From Cycas panzhihuaensis (taxonomy: Eukaryota > Plantae > Cycadophyta): a DNA stretch of 64,000 nucleotides. The stretch lies in assembly GCA_023213395.1 (NCBI GenBank), contig CM041465.1, positions 213,907,741 to 213,971,740 of the forward strand. The letters are read 5' to 3'. Under the pieces are notes generated by a model, which was not told where the DNA came from, did no database searches, and saw nothing but the letters and a program-made list of their open reading frames with translations. The translations under genes and the position numbers were made by a program. Position 1 is the first letter of the stretch. Each line of letters begins with the position of its first letter. Of the stretch, positions 26,081 to 38,450 are shown piece after piece.

Positions 26081-29000
26081 GATAAAGCTTGTGATACTCT
26101 GTTAAGTTAATCTCTTCAAATTATATAAGTATAGATTCAAGCCAATTATAAAAAATAATAGAACAATCACTACTAAAATGAAATAACTTGATCATCATTT
26201 CCATACTTTTGTTTTCATCTAAGTGATCCTAGCCCTTTAAAACTACTTCTATGGAAGCTATAATAGTTATGCAAGCTCCCATTTCTCTCTAAAGTTCCAT
26301 CTTGAAAGATGCCTAATTCAATTTTGAATGTGAGTTACACCATACCCAAGCCTTTCTATAAAGATTCATGTCCAAGTATTATATAACAAATAGAATCTTA
26401 GCATAGTTATGCTTGAAGTAATAAACTTCAGAATAATATTCAAAGATATTTAAAAGTGGTAATACAATTATAAAGCCAAATGTGACCATCTATTCCAAAG
26501 TTAGGGAGGTCAAGGTCACTGTTGTAATCTAAAAAGAATTATTCAAAGTAAAAAATTTAATCACTAAGACCTATTTTTTCATAGTATGAGAATACATTCA
26601 TGTAAGCCCTTGGGTCCTTTCTTTTTTTCCCTTTCTTTTTTTCTTTTTCTTTTTCTTCTTTTTTTTTCAGTATAAAGAGAATACTTATAGCCTTAAGACT
26701 AATGGCATATAAGCCAAAGTCTAAATGATCTAAAATAGTACAAAAGTAAATACTAGTATAAACCCTTAAAAAATAGAAGGGCTAAATTCAATTTTAAATA
26801 TCTAATAAGTAATGGATTAAAAATGCATAAAATATGTCTTAAAATAATGAACCCTAAATAATGATTTTAATAGTTTAAATAAAATCCAATTTTGATAGTT
26901 GATACTTTTATCAAAAGATATAGCCATTTTAAGGAGGATTGCTCCTAGGGTTTTTAGGACTACAACAGTACCCCATGATAAAATATTGATAAGTTTCTAC
27001 TCAAACCTCTAATTGACTTAATACTAGTTCCATTAGAAAGTATACTTTAAAATTCATAAAATAAATTATAATGATTTAAACTTGAGGTAGTAGATTTGGC
27101 TACAAAGTTGGTGATGAAAAGTAGGCCAACATTAAATTTGCTATAAATTTTATATTTTTACCTCAAAATATTTAGTGCCCTACTTAAAATTTATAGAACA
27201 AGTCATTTCATCTTAAATTTTCCATTACATTTTAAAAATTTTAGTATTTATACTATTAGATATGCCTTCAAATCCTATATTAGAGTAGGAAAAAAAGAAT
27301 TACTAAATAACCTTGTTTTAACACTATATTTAACAAGATTGGCTTTTTATATCTTTAACATACACAAATAGAGAAAGATAACAAAAAATAAATGGAAGTG
27401 GATGGGGTATATAATGGATGTAAATAGCACCAAAGAGAACTAAAGTACATTAAAGTGAACCTTAATAAGATTATATTCATCAACATAAGATTGCAATAAG
27501 TAGGGTGTCATATACATAGAAGGATCATACCACTAAGCTAACTAATCATACCACTAAGCTAACTAATCATACATTTCCTTTATTATTAAATACTCATAAC
27601 TATAACCTACTTAACCATTAACCTTCTAACCTATTAACCCTCTAACATGGGGTGAAGGCTCACCATATCAATATTATTATGAGGTCACCTCTTCTTCATT
27701 TTTTCACATTCTATGTGTATGCTTGAGATTTGCATTCTTCGTAATACTCTTCATTGTCATCTAGTGTATTATGAGGGCTTTCATGCATTCTCTATATACT
27801 TGCTCCATATCTTGATTGTCATTGTTCTCCTTTATTTGAGTAGTATGTGATGTCATATATGTGTGGTCGTTGCCTAGATTTAAGCCCCATAAGACCTTTG
27901 GATATGGTATTTCCACATTTGTTGTATGTAGTTTCATTAAAATTGGTGATATGAGTGATTACAGTAATGGTGGTATTATATTTAAAAATCACTATTATTA
28001 GTCACTCTATATTGAAAATGCTAATCAAAGTCTACAATATAGCATGATCCTAGTTAGTGCACCAACTCTCTATATTCAATGGAAGTCAACCATATAAACA
28101 TTAGATTTTCACAAAATATTTTCATTTACTTTTAATATATTTTTCTCTTTAAAATTTTATATTTTCAATAATACATCATTTTTTAAAATTTCAAAACTTC
28201 CATTAAATAGCAGTATCTATCATTGAACATAATCTTTGAGGTCCTTACATGATACTTTCCCTCTTTTAACTACCCTTTTAGCAACATATAATTTATATTT
28301 ATTTTGTTTATCAAGCCCTTAGGGGTTTGTACATAAAATATACATTTATTCATAATAATATTTAATGGATTACATAGAAGGTTTGGAGGGATAAGAGGTG
28401 CTTCTATAATAGTTTCAAAAAATATTTTGTCCCTTTAAGTTAAATAAATAATGCATTTTAGAGGAGGAAGAAGGTATCTTGGGCCTCTTATCAACATAGA
28501 GGATTTCTCTCAAAAAAATTATTGTAAGTACTTTCTAACATGTAATAGAAAACTTCATTTCCCTTCTCACATATGACAACAAACTTCATTATCATTTTTT
28601 TGCTACTCCTTTGCTCTTCACATATAAATGGATAAACTTTTTTACATGGATAGGGAGTCATTTTTAACCTTTGGATGGTAAAGGAAGGATGCTTTCTTTA
28701 ATTGTTATGTATAGATCCTCTATATTTTACCTACTGGCTACCTAGGAGATTGATATTTAACAAGTAAAATATGCTTAATTCTTTAAGCTTCAAAACTAAT
28801 TTTGTACGACTTAATAGGACTTAAATGTACTTTAATTTTTGTGCCACATGCATTTAAAAATAATCATAAAAAATATCTTTAACACATTAAAGAAATCTAT
28901 CATTTCTTCCTTCTAACAACTTTAAAATTTTTTAAAACAAAAGCTTAAAATGATTTAGAAAATAGTAATAAACAACCCTAAAAATCTTCAAAAAATAGTA

Positions 29001-29208
29001 GTAAAATAATCCCTTTAAAATACTTTTTCAACTTTTAAAAAATGGCCCTCAAACAACTTGATAAAACTCTTAAAAAGAGACTAGCAAGGTCATTAAAGTA
29101 GGCACAAAATATTCCTAAAACAACATTAGAAAAGGCTTTAAAAAGGGTTAAAAACAAAAGCTCTAACAGCTCCTCCTAAGGCTTTAAACCTTGGGCTCTA
29201 TACCATAA

Positions 29209-29633
29209 TGTTAGTTGTGGTATTTAATACCACAACATTGGATTTGGAGTAAAATGCTATGATACCAAATAGTTGGGCATGAAATACAAAAGTTGACCTT
29301 ATAAAAATAGACCTAATAATAGACAACAAATGGATAACATGGTGAGTATGAAATAGAGTAAAAAGACACAAAAGGATATATATCTACAAATATAATACAT
29401 AATGGATAGGTACAAGAATGTGCATATTTTATATTATTAGAATTAATTAGGTATATACTTATAAGATCTTTCACCTCAAGTGAAGACCCTTTAGGTTAAC
29501 CTTTATGTAGTAGCACATTTTCCTAAATGACATACAATTTAAGGTGACCATAATATAATATTTATAAAATATATGGGGGAGTGTAGATGGAGTTAGGGAT
29601 AACATAACATATAATTGGATATTATATCCACCA
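29209..29633 (-). repeat. 5' LTR of element E
   Basis: Adjacent to the degenerate Met PBS; repeat of 11404-11818. Confidence 0.8.
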
Positions 29634-30461
29634 CTTGATTCTACTTAAATCAAAGACTAATTAATTAAATGGTTAGGGTCTTAACATACGTTTTCAATAA
29701 TAATATATAAAATATATTATGCATGCTTATATTGAAGGGTAATACATGCCTATATATAATTGGCCTTAATTTTTCTAGAATCTTAAACTATCATAGTATC
29801 TCTGTGATAGTTTCCTATACCTTCCCAACTTTAAGGGGTTGCATTTAGGTCAAACATGAAGGAACATATGGCTACCAATTATGAATTCCTTCTTTATCCT
29901 CTTCATGTTTATATAACTCTTTTGATGGTCATGTGCTATCTTTAGGTGCTTCCTTATCTCAACATGTTATTCTCCATTTCGTGGAACATCCTTGACCCAA
30001 TAATACATTTATCCTCTAAGTTTTGCTAACTTAGTAGGCGTTACACTTCCATCCATATAGAGCTTTGAATGGACTCATGCTAATGGATGCATGGTAACTA
30101 TTGTTATATACATTTTTTATGAAGTGTAAGTATTCTTCCCATTTATTTAGTTACTCAATCATATACATGCGCAATATATCTTTTAGAACTCAATTCTTTT
30201 ACTCCATTATTCCATCCATCTCATGATGATATTAGGTATTGAATTTTAATATAGTACCTAGTTCTTTATATAGATCCTACTAAAACCTGGATGTAATCTT
30301 TGAGTCCTTATCTAAAACAATTAGCCTTGGAAACTTGTGGAGTTGCATCACTTCATAGAGATAAATGCTACCTAAACTGCTTTATGTATCAACTATATAT
30401 GAATAAACTATATCAATTTGGTTAGTTTATTTACCACCACCATGATGGGGTTATTCATTTG
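29634..30461 (-). pseudogene. Gypsy integrase core of element F
   Basis: Minus translation IMVVVNKLTK, LHKFPRLIVLDKDSKITSRF..LGT, YNNSYHASISMSPFKALYG, HNIFY..DPNH..VES; joins in frame to the chromodomain at 11403. Confidence 0.9.
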
Positions 30462-33400
30462 TGTTACATAACCAAATGTGACTAGTATAACTAAGAAACC
30501 AACACTTATGGTTAAGACACTAAGAGGTTAAGTGCTAGTCATTAACTTTTATCTGTAAGTTATTAAATTCACCAATGAAATGTAAGGCCGTTTAACCCAA
30601 TAAGGGGATTATAGAAGAAAGTATCTCCTTTTTCTATCTAAGGTCCACAAATTATAAAGGTAGGTTGTTTTGTAATCATTCTCTCTTAAGAGAATAGTAC
30701 TGTAATACTCTTCGGTTCCCTTTTATGTCCATTTATGTTCTTTAGTATACTTCACTTCTATAATTAGTTTTCATTAATAATATAAGTACTATAATTTTTT
30801 TCTTATATTTCAATTGCCAATTTTGAATATGAGCAAAACTGGAAAAGTCTTATCTTAAGTGGTATTATAGCTAGGTTTTGAATCCAATGGAAGTAATAAG
30901 GTTAAAGGAAGATGAAGGAGAAGGGAAGTCTTTCCCTTGGTATATCACTGTAGATGCCTTTATATAGTTTTATTTTATTTTAAGTTATGTTCAAATTTAT
31001 TGAAAGTCTATCAAGTTGTAAGTGGGAAATAAAGCCCTATACTATCCCTCCCCTTTCCCTTATTAGTTAAGTACAGACCTTATATAGGAGATCTTTAAAC
31101 ATCATAGGGATCTACTATTCTGAGCTTAGCGTGCATGTCCATAAACTTGTGTGCGAAGCAAAGCAGTATAATAATGTTTACGCAAGTTTAAGATAGAACC
31201 CAACTATATAAGTAAGTCTTTATATACCTTTAGATATATTAGAGGACCCCTTTAGGTTCTTCTTTCAAACCTAGAGTAGGAAATCTATGAGTCATTTATC
31301 CCTCTATGGTGCACAGGTTAGTGATTAGTACCTAGAAGCTACCTTTCATGAATACCCCTATATAGTTGTTGACCTTAAAAAGATGTATATTCCTCCATAG
31401 GTAGTGCCTTAAGATATTTGGCTAAGTAATAGTATTAATACTAAAGTTTATTAAAGGGCTTGTAGAGCCAAACAATTTTTTTCTAGTGTTTGGTAAGCTC
31501 CTTTTATTCATCTCTATTGCTTCCTTAATAAAGGTATTCATTATAAAATTACTCATACTACTACATCACTAAAATTAAAAAGAAATAATACTAAGACTAT
31601 TATACTTCTTAATATAAACCTGTGAAAATCCTCAAAATTTGAAGACATATAGGCTAAACCTACAACAATAGTACAACTTAATGGCATATAACCAATAATA
31701 AAATATCTATCTATAAAGTATCACAACTTAATTAATTCTATGTAAACTTTCAACCAAAATTCTAAATTTAATATGAGTTGAGTCTATTCCCCATTTTTAG
31801 TAAGTAAAAAAATAGTAGGAGGGTGAGAGGGGAGCAGAAAGAGCCTATAGATTCACTTCAATAAATACTTCTCTATTTTTGATAAAACTTGTAACATTAG
31901 ACTTATAACCAAAGAAAAAGAAAAAATCCATAACAAAAAAACTTACCTTACCAATTCATACATCTTATTTTAATGAGTGAATTACAATGATTAGTTTATA
32001 CTAAGTTAGTTTTAACTATCATTTTTAGCAAAAATTACCTATACATTACCTGCAGATCCCATAATAAAAAAATTCATTTAGATCTCACCTATACCATTTT
32101 AATAGGTTTTTTATACTTATTTTAATTAAATATGTGATTTTCTTATCTATTTTTGGGGTTAATTAGCTATGGAAATCTCTTCTCTCCTATTTTAATTATA
32201 ATCCCCACTTTTATAAGTTACTCTATCTATATAGTCTTGTTTTCTTATATCCCCTTCTTTTTATTTGTATCTCACTTCTTATAATCCTCTTCCTTTTACA
32301 TGATGGATCCTATATGTCAAGAATAATATATTTTATATTAGAAATTCAATTATTAGATTTTTAGAAAGAAGTAAAGGTCAATATATTTTTTTTTACATCT
32401 AAGTTAGATATCATTGTAATACTAAACCAAATAGCTTAAATATTAATGTAATCATCACAATTGAACTCTCAATCTTCATGCAATATGCCTCTAACATAGC
32501 AGTTGAACAATCCTCCTCTATGTTAGTTACAACTTTACCACAAGATCAATATTTATACCTTCAATTTGGATTTGAATAAAGATAGTGCTTGTATATAGAT
32601 AAGTAAACTTGAATCCTAATTCTCTCTTAACCTAATGACTGAAGAGGAGTAATTGATATTCTTATCTATTCATATGGAAGGTCAAGTATATCATCAGTTT
32701 TACTAGTGGCAATAAGAATACCCACAAAATAGGACATAAACAAACTTCTCCATATGTTTTTTTAATTAGTATGAAGAAGCTTAGAATCAATATTTCTTCA
32801 ATCAACTTACAAGATTAAAATAGGTGTCATTAATTAAAACATATGTAGATGAATTTGAAACCTTACAGAATTACATCTCCTAAAGATTAGACAAATAAAC
32901 CTAAGTAGATGCTTATGTCACAGGCTTTAAAGAACACATCTAAATATGCCTAAGAACCATAGAAATATTAAATCTCAAAGATGTGATATAAATGGCAAAA
33001 GTAGTTGAGGCAGAACCAGTAATGGAAAGAACATACTTCTTTCAATGAGATACTATATAGCACTAACCATCATAATAGGTTAAATTTCCATAACAATAAC
33101 CTTAGGCAAATCGCTCATATAGACCTACTATAGAATGGCCTTCAAAATGATCCATGAATAAGATAATTTATGTCTCACCTATAGAGGCATGCTAAAATAC
33201 CATAATTCACCTTTATGTCTTATTATTAAAAAAGTAGACTCTCAAATTAGGCAAAGTTTGCAAAGCCAAGAAAATAGTCTTTACAATACATCCTAGCCTA
33301 TTCCTAGAAGGCAATTCTAATTTTGAATTAGAATTTGAAGAAGAACCCTATTTAGAACCCCCATCCATATTAGAACTAGAAGTCTCCTTATTTATAGTAG

Positions 33401-34134
33401 CATCCTCTTCATGCTCTAAACTAATACATGTTAAAGGAATACTTAAAAGTTACTAATTACTATTCTAATCAATAGTGACATGTTGTTAAACTTCATAGAT
33501 ACTTCCTTATCTAGGTAACTAAATCTTTATATTATCCCAAAAACTAGATTTACATGTTCCCTACAGAACTATTATAAACTTTATTATGCTAAAATAATCA
33601 AGAACCCTACTGTCTAAATTGGCACTTATAAGTTAATCTCTAATTTTTATGCCATATTTATTGGTGGATTATATGTTATTCTAAGATTCTAATGGCTTTA
33701 AACATTAGGTATATAATACAAATAACTCCCCCATTAATCTATGAATCTTATTAAGGATTAGATGGGATAAATCTACAAACTCCATGAAAGATAATCACCC
33801 TTAACAAACTAATTTTTCTAAATCAAATAAGGAAATAATTAAGTGGCCAAGTAGGTTATATTATATATATCAATAATATCTAATCCTATACAAGCATTCA
33901 CCCATATATCCAACAGATCCTTAATAAATATCAAGCTAAATTTTCCCCTTATCGGCTGGTCCCCTACTAGATCATAGGTGTTACCATATTATTGAGTTAA
34001 AAAATCCCTATTACCCTATCAACATTTGACCCTATATAAATTCTTACTTTCAAAAAAATAAGATTGAAAAATTTACTAATGATCTAATAGAAATAAATAA
34101 AATTCAACCCAACAAAAGCCTATATGTTATGCAA
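30462..34134 (+). mobile_element. Ty3/gypsy element D (same family as C), inserted in the F integrase, truncated at the start of RT
   Basis: 5' LTR 30462-30857, PBS TGGTATTATAGC at 30860-30871, then leader, gag, protease and RT start; colinear with the reverse complement of C. Confidence 0.85.
32380..34134 (+). pseudogene. Decayed gag-protease-RT(N) of element D
   Basis: FFNQLTRLK*VSLIKTYVDEF (gag), TILINS and GGLYVIL..W-like motifs (protease), HIIELK..PINI*PY..QKNKIEK..IQPNKS (RT N-terminus). Confidence 0.8.
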
Positions 34135-35521
34135 TATAACCCCACTTTTCCTAAGTACTACCAAGTAGGAACAACAAAAGGGTTAAGGATTGATATTAGT
34201 TATCAAGATTTGTGTATGGGCCACTAAGTCCTCTAATAAGATATAAGGTTACTAGGGATACCAAAGGATCAAAAGGAAGAAAACTCCCACATGTCTATTT
34301 AAAGGGTCAAATATCACTTATAAAAGGTTGTTGAGTATTATTATCTTTTAAAGAGAAAGTACTTTAGTACTCCCTTTAGTTTTTAATTTGTTTATGATCT
34401 AGTTACATATTTTATTCTCATTAAGGTGATATTTAGCTTCCATTTCTATTGATATGCATTTGTAAGGTTAATTTTCTAAAGGAAAATACTCTAAGTATAT
34501 TAGAGCTAGGTTTATAATCGTAGAAAGTTGCTCAATGGGTAAAAGAATTGAGATTTTTTTCTTATTAGATTGAATAATCTTTTCACCTAAGTAGAGACTA
34601 AGGAAAGACCTTCTCTTAGTAATCTCTCCATAGAGATTGAGGAACAAAACCAACACCACTTAAGAGTCACAAGGGAAGGCGAATTTCATTCCCTAGGTAA
34701 TGCCTAGTACTTTTCTTTTTTTTGTTAATAAGAAATCTAACTTTCTATGTATAATAGAAGCCATGGGAACACATTATTTGCATTACCTTATTATAGATAA
34801 CTTGTCTTAGCTAAATAGTACACCCTGCTCTTAGAGTTAGTATGCTTAGATTAATAATTTATTGATGTTGATGATATTTAATGGTTGTCAAAAGAGAGTT
34901 ATAGAAGATGTATGCAGAAGTGCTAATGTAGGTACTACAAAAGTTATTTTTTTGTATGCAAGAGGGGAGATAAATGATGCTATTCTTATATAATATATTA
35001 GTTTAATAGTTAGTGTTGTTTAATTTTTTGATAAATTATATACAAGAAACACATCTTAGAGAGCTAGTAATTATAGCAGTTAGTAATCTATATATTTTAG
35101 TAGATGGTTGTTATTTTATATAGATGTCAGTAATAATTTTATTTATGAGATTATTTAGATGATAGGTTGGTAGTGTTAATTAATCATAGCTTTATAGGTA
35201 AATATATGAAATTGTTAAGGAGAAAATATCATATAAACATGATAAGTAAAAGTCATGAATTAAGATTGATTAATGAATGCTTTACAGGCTTTACAGGTTA
35301 TTACTCATATTTAGTCATTAATGATCACATATGACTACAACATAGTTTGATAATAGATTTACAAATTATAGGTGATACAACTTATTTAAATTAATATAAA
35401 TTTATACAAATTGACTCAAATTTGATATATGTATATAGATTCCATCACATAGGAAAAGTATAAAGATAATAAGGACTAAGTATGAAGACTTAAAGATTGT
35501 AAATTAAAGATATTAAATACT

Positions 35522-35980
35522 AAGGGGGGGTATTAAAATATATGATATCTTTACATATCTAATTTTTAATATATTATTATGGACCTATACAATGCTGCAT
35601 ATATAAGTATTAATAGATGTGACAATGAACTATTATTCATGTACACATCCTATTGGATGATTAAAAGGCTTAACAGATATTATAAGTTATTCATGAGGTG
35701 GAATTAATTATAAATATGTACACATATTACTTAAGAACTTGAGAAAGAAAGATTAACTTGGAGATGTAATTAATTAAATATCATAAAGAGGAGTTCTCAA
35801 CTCTAACCTTCTTTCTTATTTTTTTTTTCCCATCCTAGTTTTCTATGTATAAATATGTTGTCTCTTGTAGTGATGCTTTATGATACTTATTGCATGTTTA
35901 TTATTTATGAAATTACTTTATATTTATATTAGTTCTTGATATATTTACTTTATAATACATAAATTGTATATATAATTTTC
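35522..35980 (+). mobile_element. PPT + 3' LTR of family I, copy 2
   Basis: AAGGGGGGG then TATTAAAAT (TG>TA); homologous to 2624-3084. Right end is approximate. Confidence 0.6.
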
Positions 35981-37849
35981 ATGATATGATTAATTAATTA
36001 TACTTTATTATTATGCTTCTACCATGCATAACGAGTACATTCTAATATGATGTATCAAAAAATTAAAAATTCCAATAGTTTGTAGATTAGTCCTTATATA
36101 TCTTTCTATATATGTGGTGAGAGTGGCAAGGATTCATTTGTTTGATGGCATGACCATAATCTACATAAAGTATAAATTAAGAATGAATGTAATATAATAA
36201 AAATGAACTAATAAACTTAGGAATAATGAGATGAATTTACTTTGTATTTAATCCTTTAAAAAAAAATCTTTTAATGATGCACTAATACCATTAGAATTAG
36301 GAAGTAAAGAAAGGATAAACAATCAAAATAAACCATGGAATGAAACTTTAATATATGTGAAAGTAATCATAACACATCATAAATACCTTAAAATAACATA
36401 ATATCATCAATACGTAAAATATCACATCTCAAGTCAAAAATACAATATTAAATCCATTTGCATGATATAATTAATTTATGAAAAAAATATATCTATAAGC
36501 TTCATAATGAAAATGGAAATTCACCCTAATCGATACATTATAAATTATTGAATTAAATCCATAATATCATAACATGACATCCATAAATTTACCATAGAAG
36601 CTAAGGTATTTTAGTGAGAATATATCTAGTGAATTTATAACATAAATATCAAGTATTTAAAATAGAAAATGCATTATGAAAGTCTAAACCAAATTATTTA
36701 ATCTCTAAAACCATTCAAGTGATAACATTTTAATAACTTAAAAATAAGTAAAAGGGAAAAAGAAATAAAATGAGACCCTACTAACAATTAGATTTATGAT
36801 TAATATCAAATTACTTAAATATCTAGGAATAAATGCCTACAAGTCCATTTTAAAACAAGGAGGAGATTAGATTAATAAGAAGGTTAAAAATAACTTTAAT
36901 TATAGTTGATGGATGAAGAGTAACAATGCTCCTTAAACATTACTATAAAATTCAAAAGAAAAATATGAATTTAACCAATTTAAATGGTTCCATGAGGATT
37001 AGAGAAAATTGATGAATAATGGAAAGTTCTACATGAAGAGAGAAGCTTAAAGGATTATAACTTTCTATCTCAAATTAATAATGAAAAGATTAGTGAGAGA
37101 AGGGACTTATATAACACCATATAGATCCATTTATCTTTTATATATTAGAGTTAAATACTATTTAAAACACCAAAGAAAAATAACCTCTAAAATGAAGGGG
37201 AGAAAAACTTCCATATGCAGGTTAAAATTTCTCCTTAATATGAGTTGAAATAGTTCTTTTACTCAACATTAAAGTCTCTTAGTCTATTATGACATGTAAA
37301 TAAATCCATAAGGCTAGGACATTAGGTTAATGAAATATAAAAAGAAGATGTAAATATAAAGAAAAATAGATAAACTTATGTAACAACCTAGCATGAGATA
37401 AGTTTCATGAAGATAAATTTTAGCTATAATAAAGATATTAAACCTAAACTAAATTTATAATTAATATCATTTAATTCATTAAAACAAAGAAGGTATTTAA
37501 GAGACATATCATTATACATAATTTATAAAAGTGAAGCAAGACTTCAAATGGGATAAATCACCTTAACTACTATGTGTGATATGATATTATTCTTATAAAA
37601 TCAAGCTATAGATTGGATGCTCATTATATACAATAAGTGAATAAGAATGTAATCAAAGTAAAATAAGAAGGAGAAACTATATATAATCTTCAAAAATATT
37701 ATAATAGATTCATAAACCAAAATATCTCTCTTTCCTAATAAAAAGAGCTCACACCTATAGTAGTCTAATTTAGATACACATATAGAAAATTCATAAAATA
37801 ATGCCTTAATATTTTGTCATAAAGCTAGCATCTAGTACTTTAGCTTTGG

Positions 37850-38395
37850 TTTATTTTCAATTAAAGTTGTCTTTTCTTTATTCCCTTAACATACTCTTAT
37901 AGATTTCTAAAGTATGAGCAAAGGTAAAATTCCTCCTAAAGTAGTGTTTTTTAAGCCATATAAATCCTCAAGATCAAACTAGAAATTTTGTTAGGATCCA
38001 ACTATTAAGTTTGGTTCTTAAGTATTAAGGTTTTTCCTTCTTTGATAGAGAGATTCCAAAACATTAATGACTTTATATAATCAACTAAATAAGTTAAAGG
38101 TTTATTAAATTAGGTTAAAATTTGATTAAAGCACCTTCTTTGAGACTCGAGGGATGTGATATTGATGATGAAATCAATAATTTATGAAAATTAAGCTAAA
38201 ACCATGAAGAAAATTAAGAATCTCTACACACATAATAAAATTACTCCTAGAAAATGGGTTATTAGACCAATTTTCTATAAGACACATGCAAAGTGTTTGT
38301 AGATTTAAGAATGGACAAAGTAAAAATGTTATTTTATTAAAGCCACCTAGTATATGCATATATACTATCATTGTTTGTAGTTATATTTCCATTTA
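37850..38395 (-). pseudogene. Possible LINE endonuclease remnant
   Basis: Faint minus-strand motifs SIYA, RRCFNQIL (~GGDFNxIL), LEDLY..FTF; very degraded. Confidence 0.3.
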
Positions 38396-38398
38396 TAT

Positions 38399-38430
<32 letters not shown>

Positions 38431-38450
38431 GAGAGAGAGAGAGAGAGAGA
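38399..38450. repeat. Compound microsatellite (CA)n(GA)n
   Basis: Directly visible. Confidence 0.97.

Larger units (their letters stand above)
11404..29633 (-). mobile_element. LTR element E (~420 bp LTRs, no recognisable pol), inserted in F and hosting B and A
   Basis: LTRs 11404-11818 and 29209-29633 are homologous (GATTTGGAGT.AAATGCTATGATACCA; CACCTCAAGTG). PPT reverse complement TTTCCCCCT at 11819-11827; PBS reverse complement GCTCTA-TACCA at 29195-29205; degraded TSD CTTAT/CTTGA. Confidence 0.8.

Noticed and set aside
36700-37700. A-rich stretch with faint RT/RNase H-like words (YITPY, LGH, DFKWD); considered a gypsy or endogenous caulimovirus remnant
   Set aside because: Too degraded to assign by eye; it needs a profile-HMM search.
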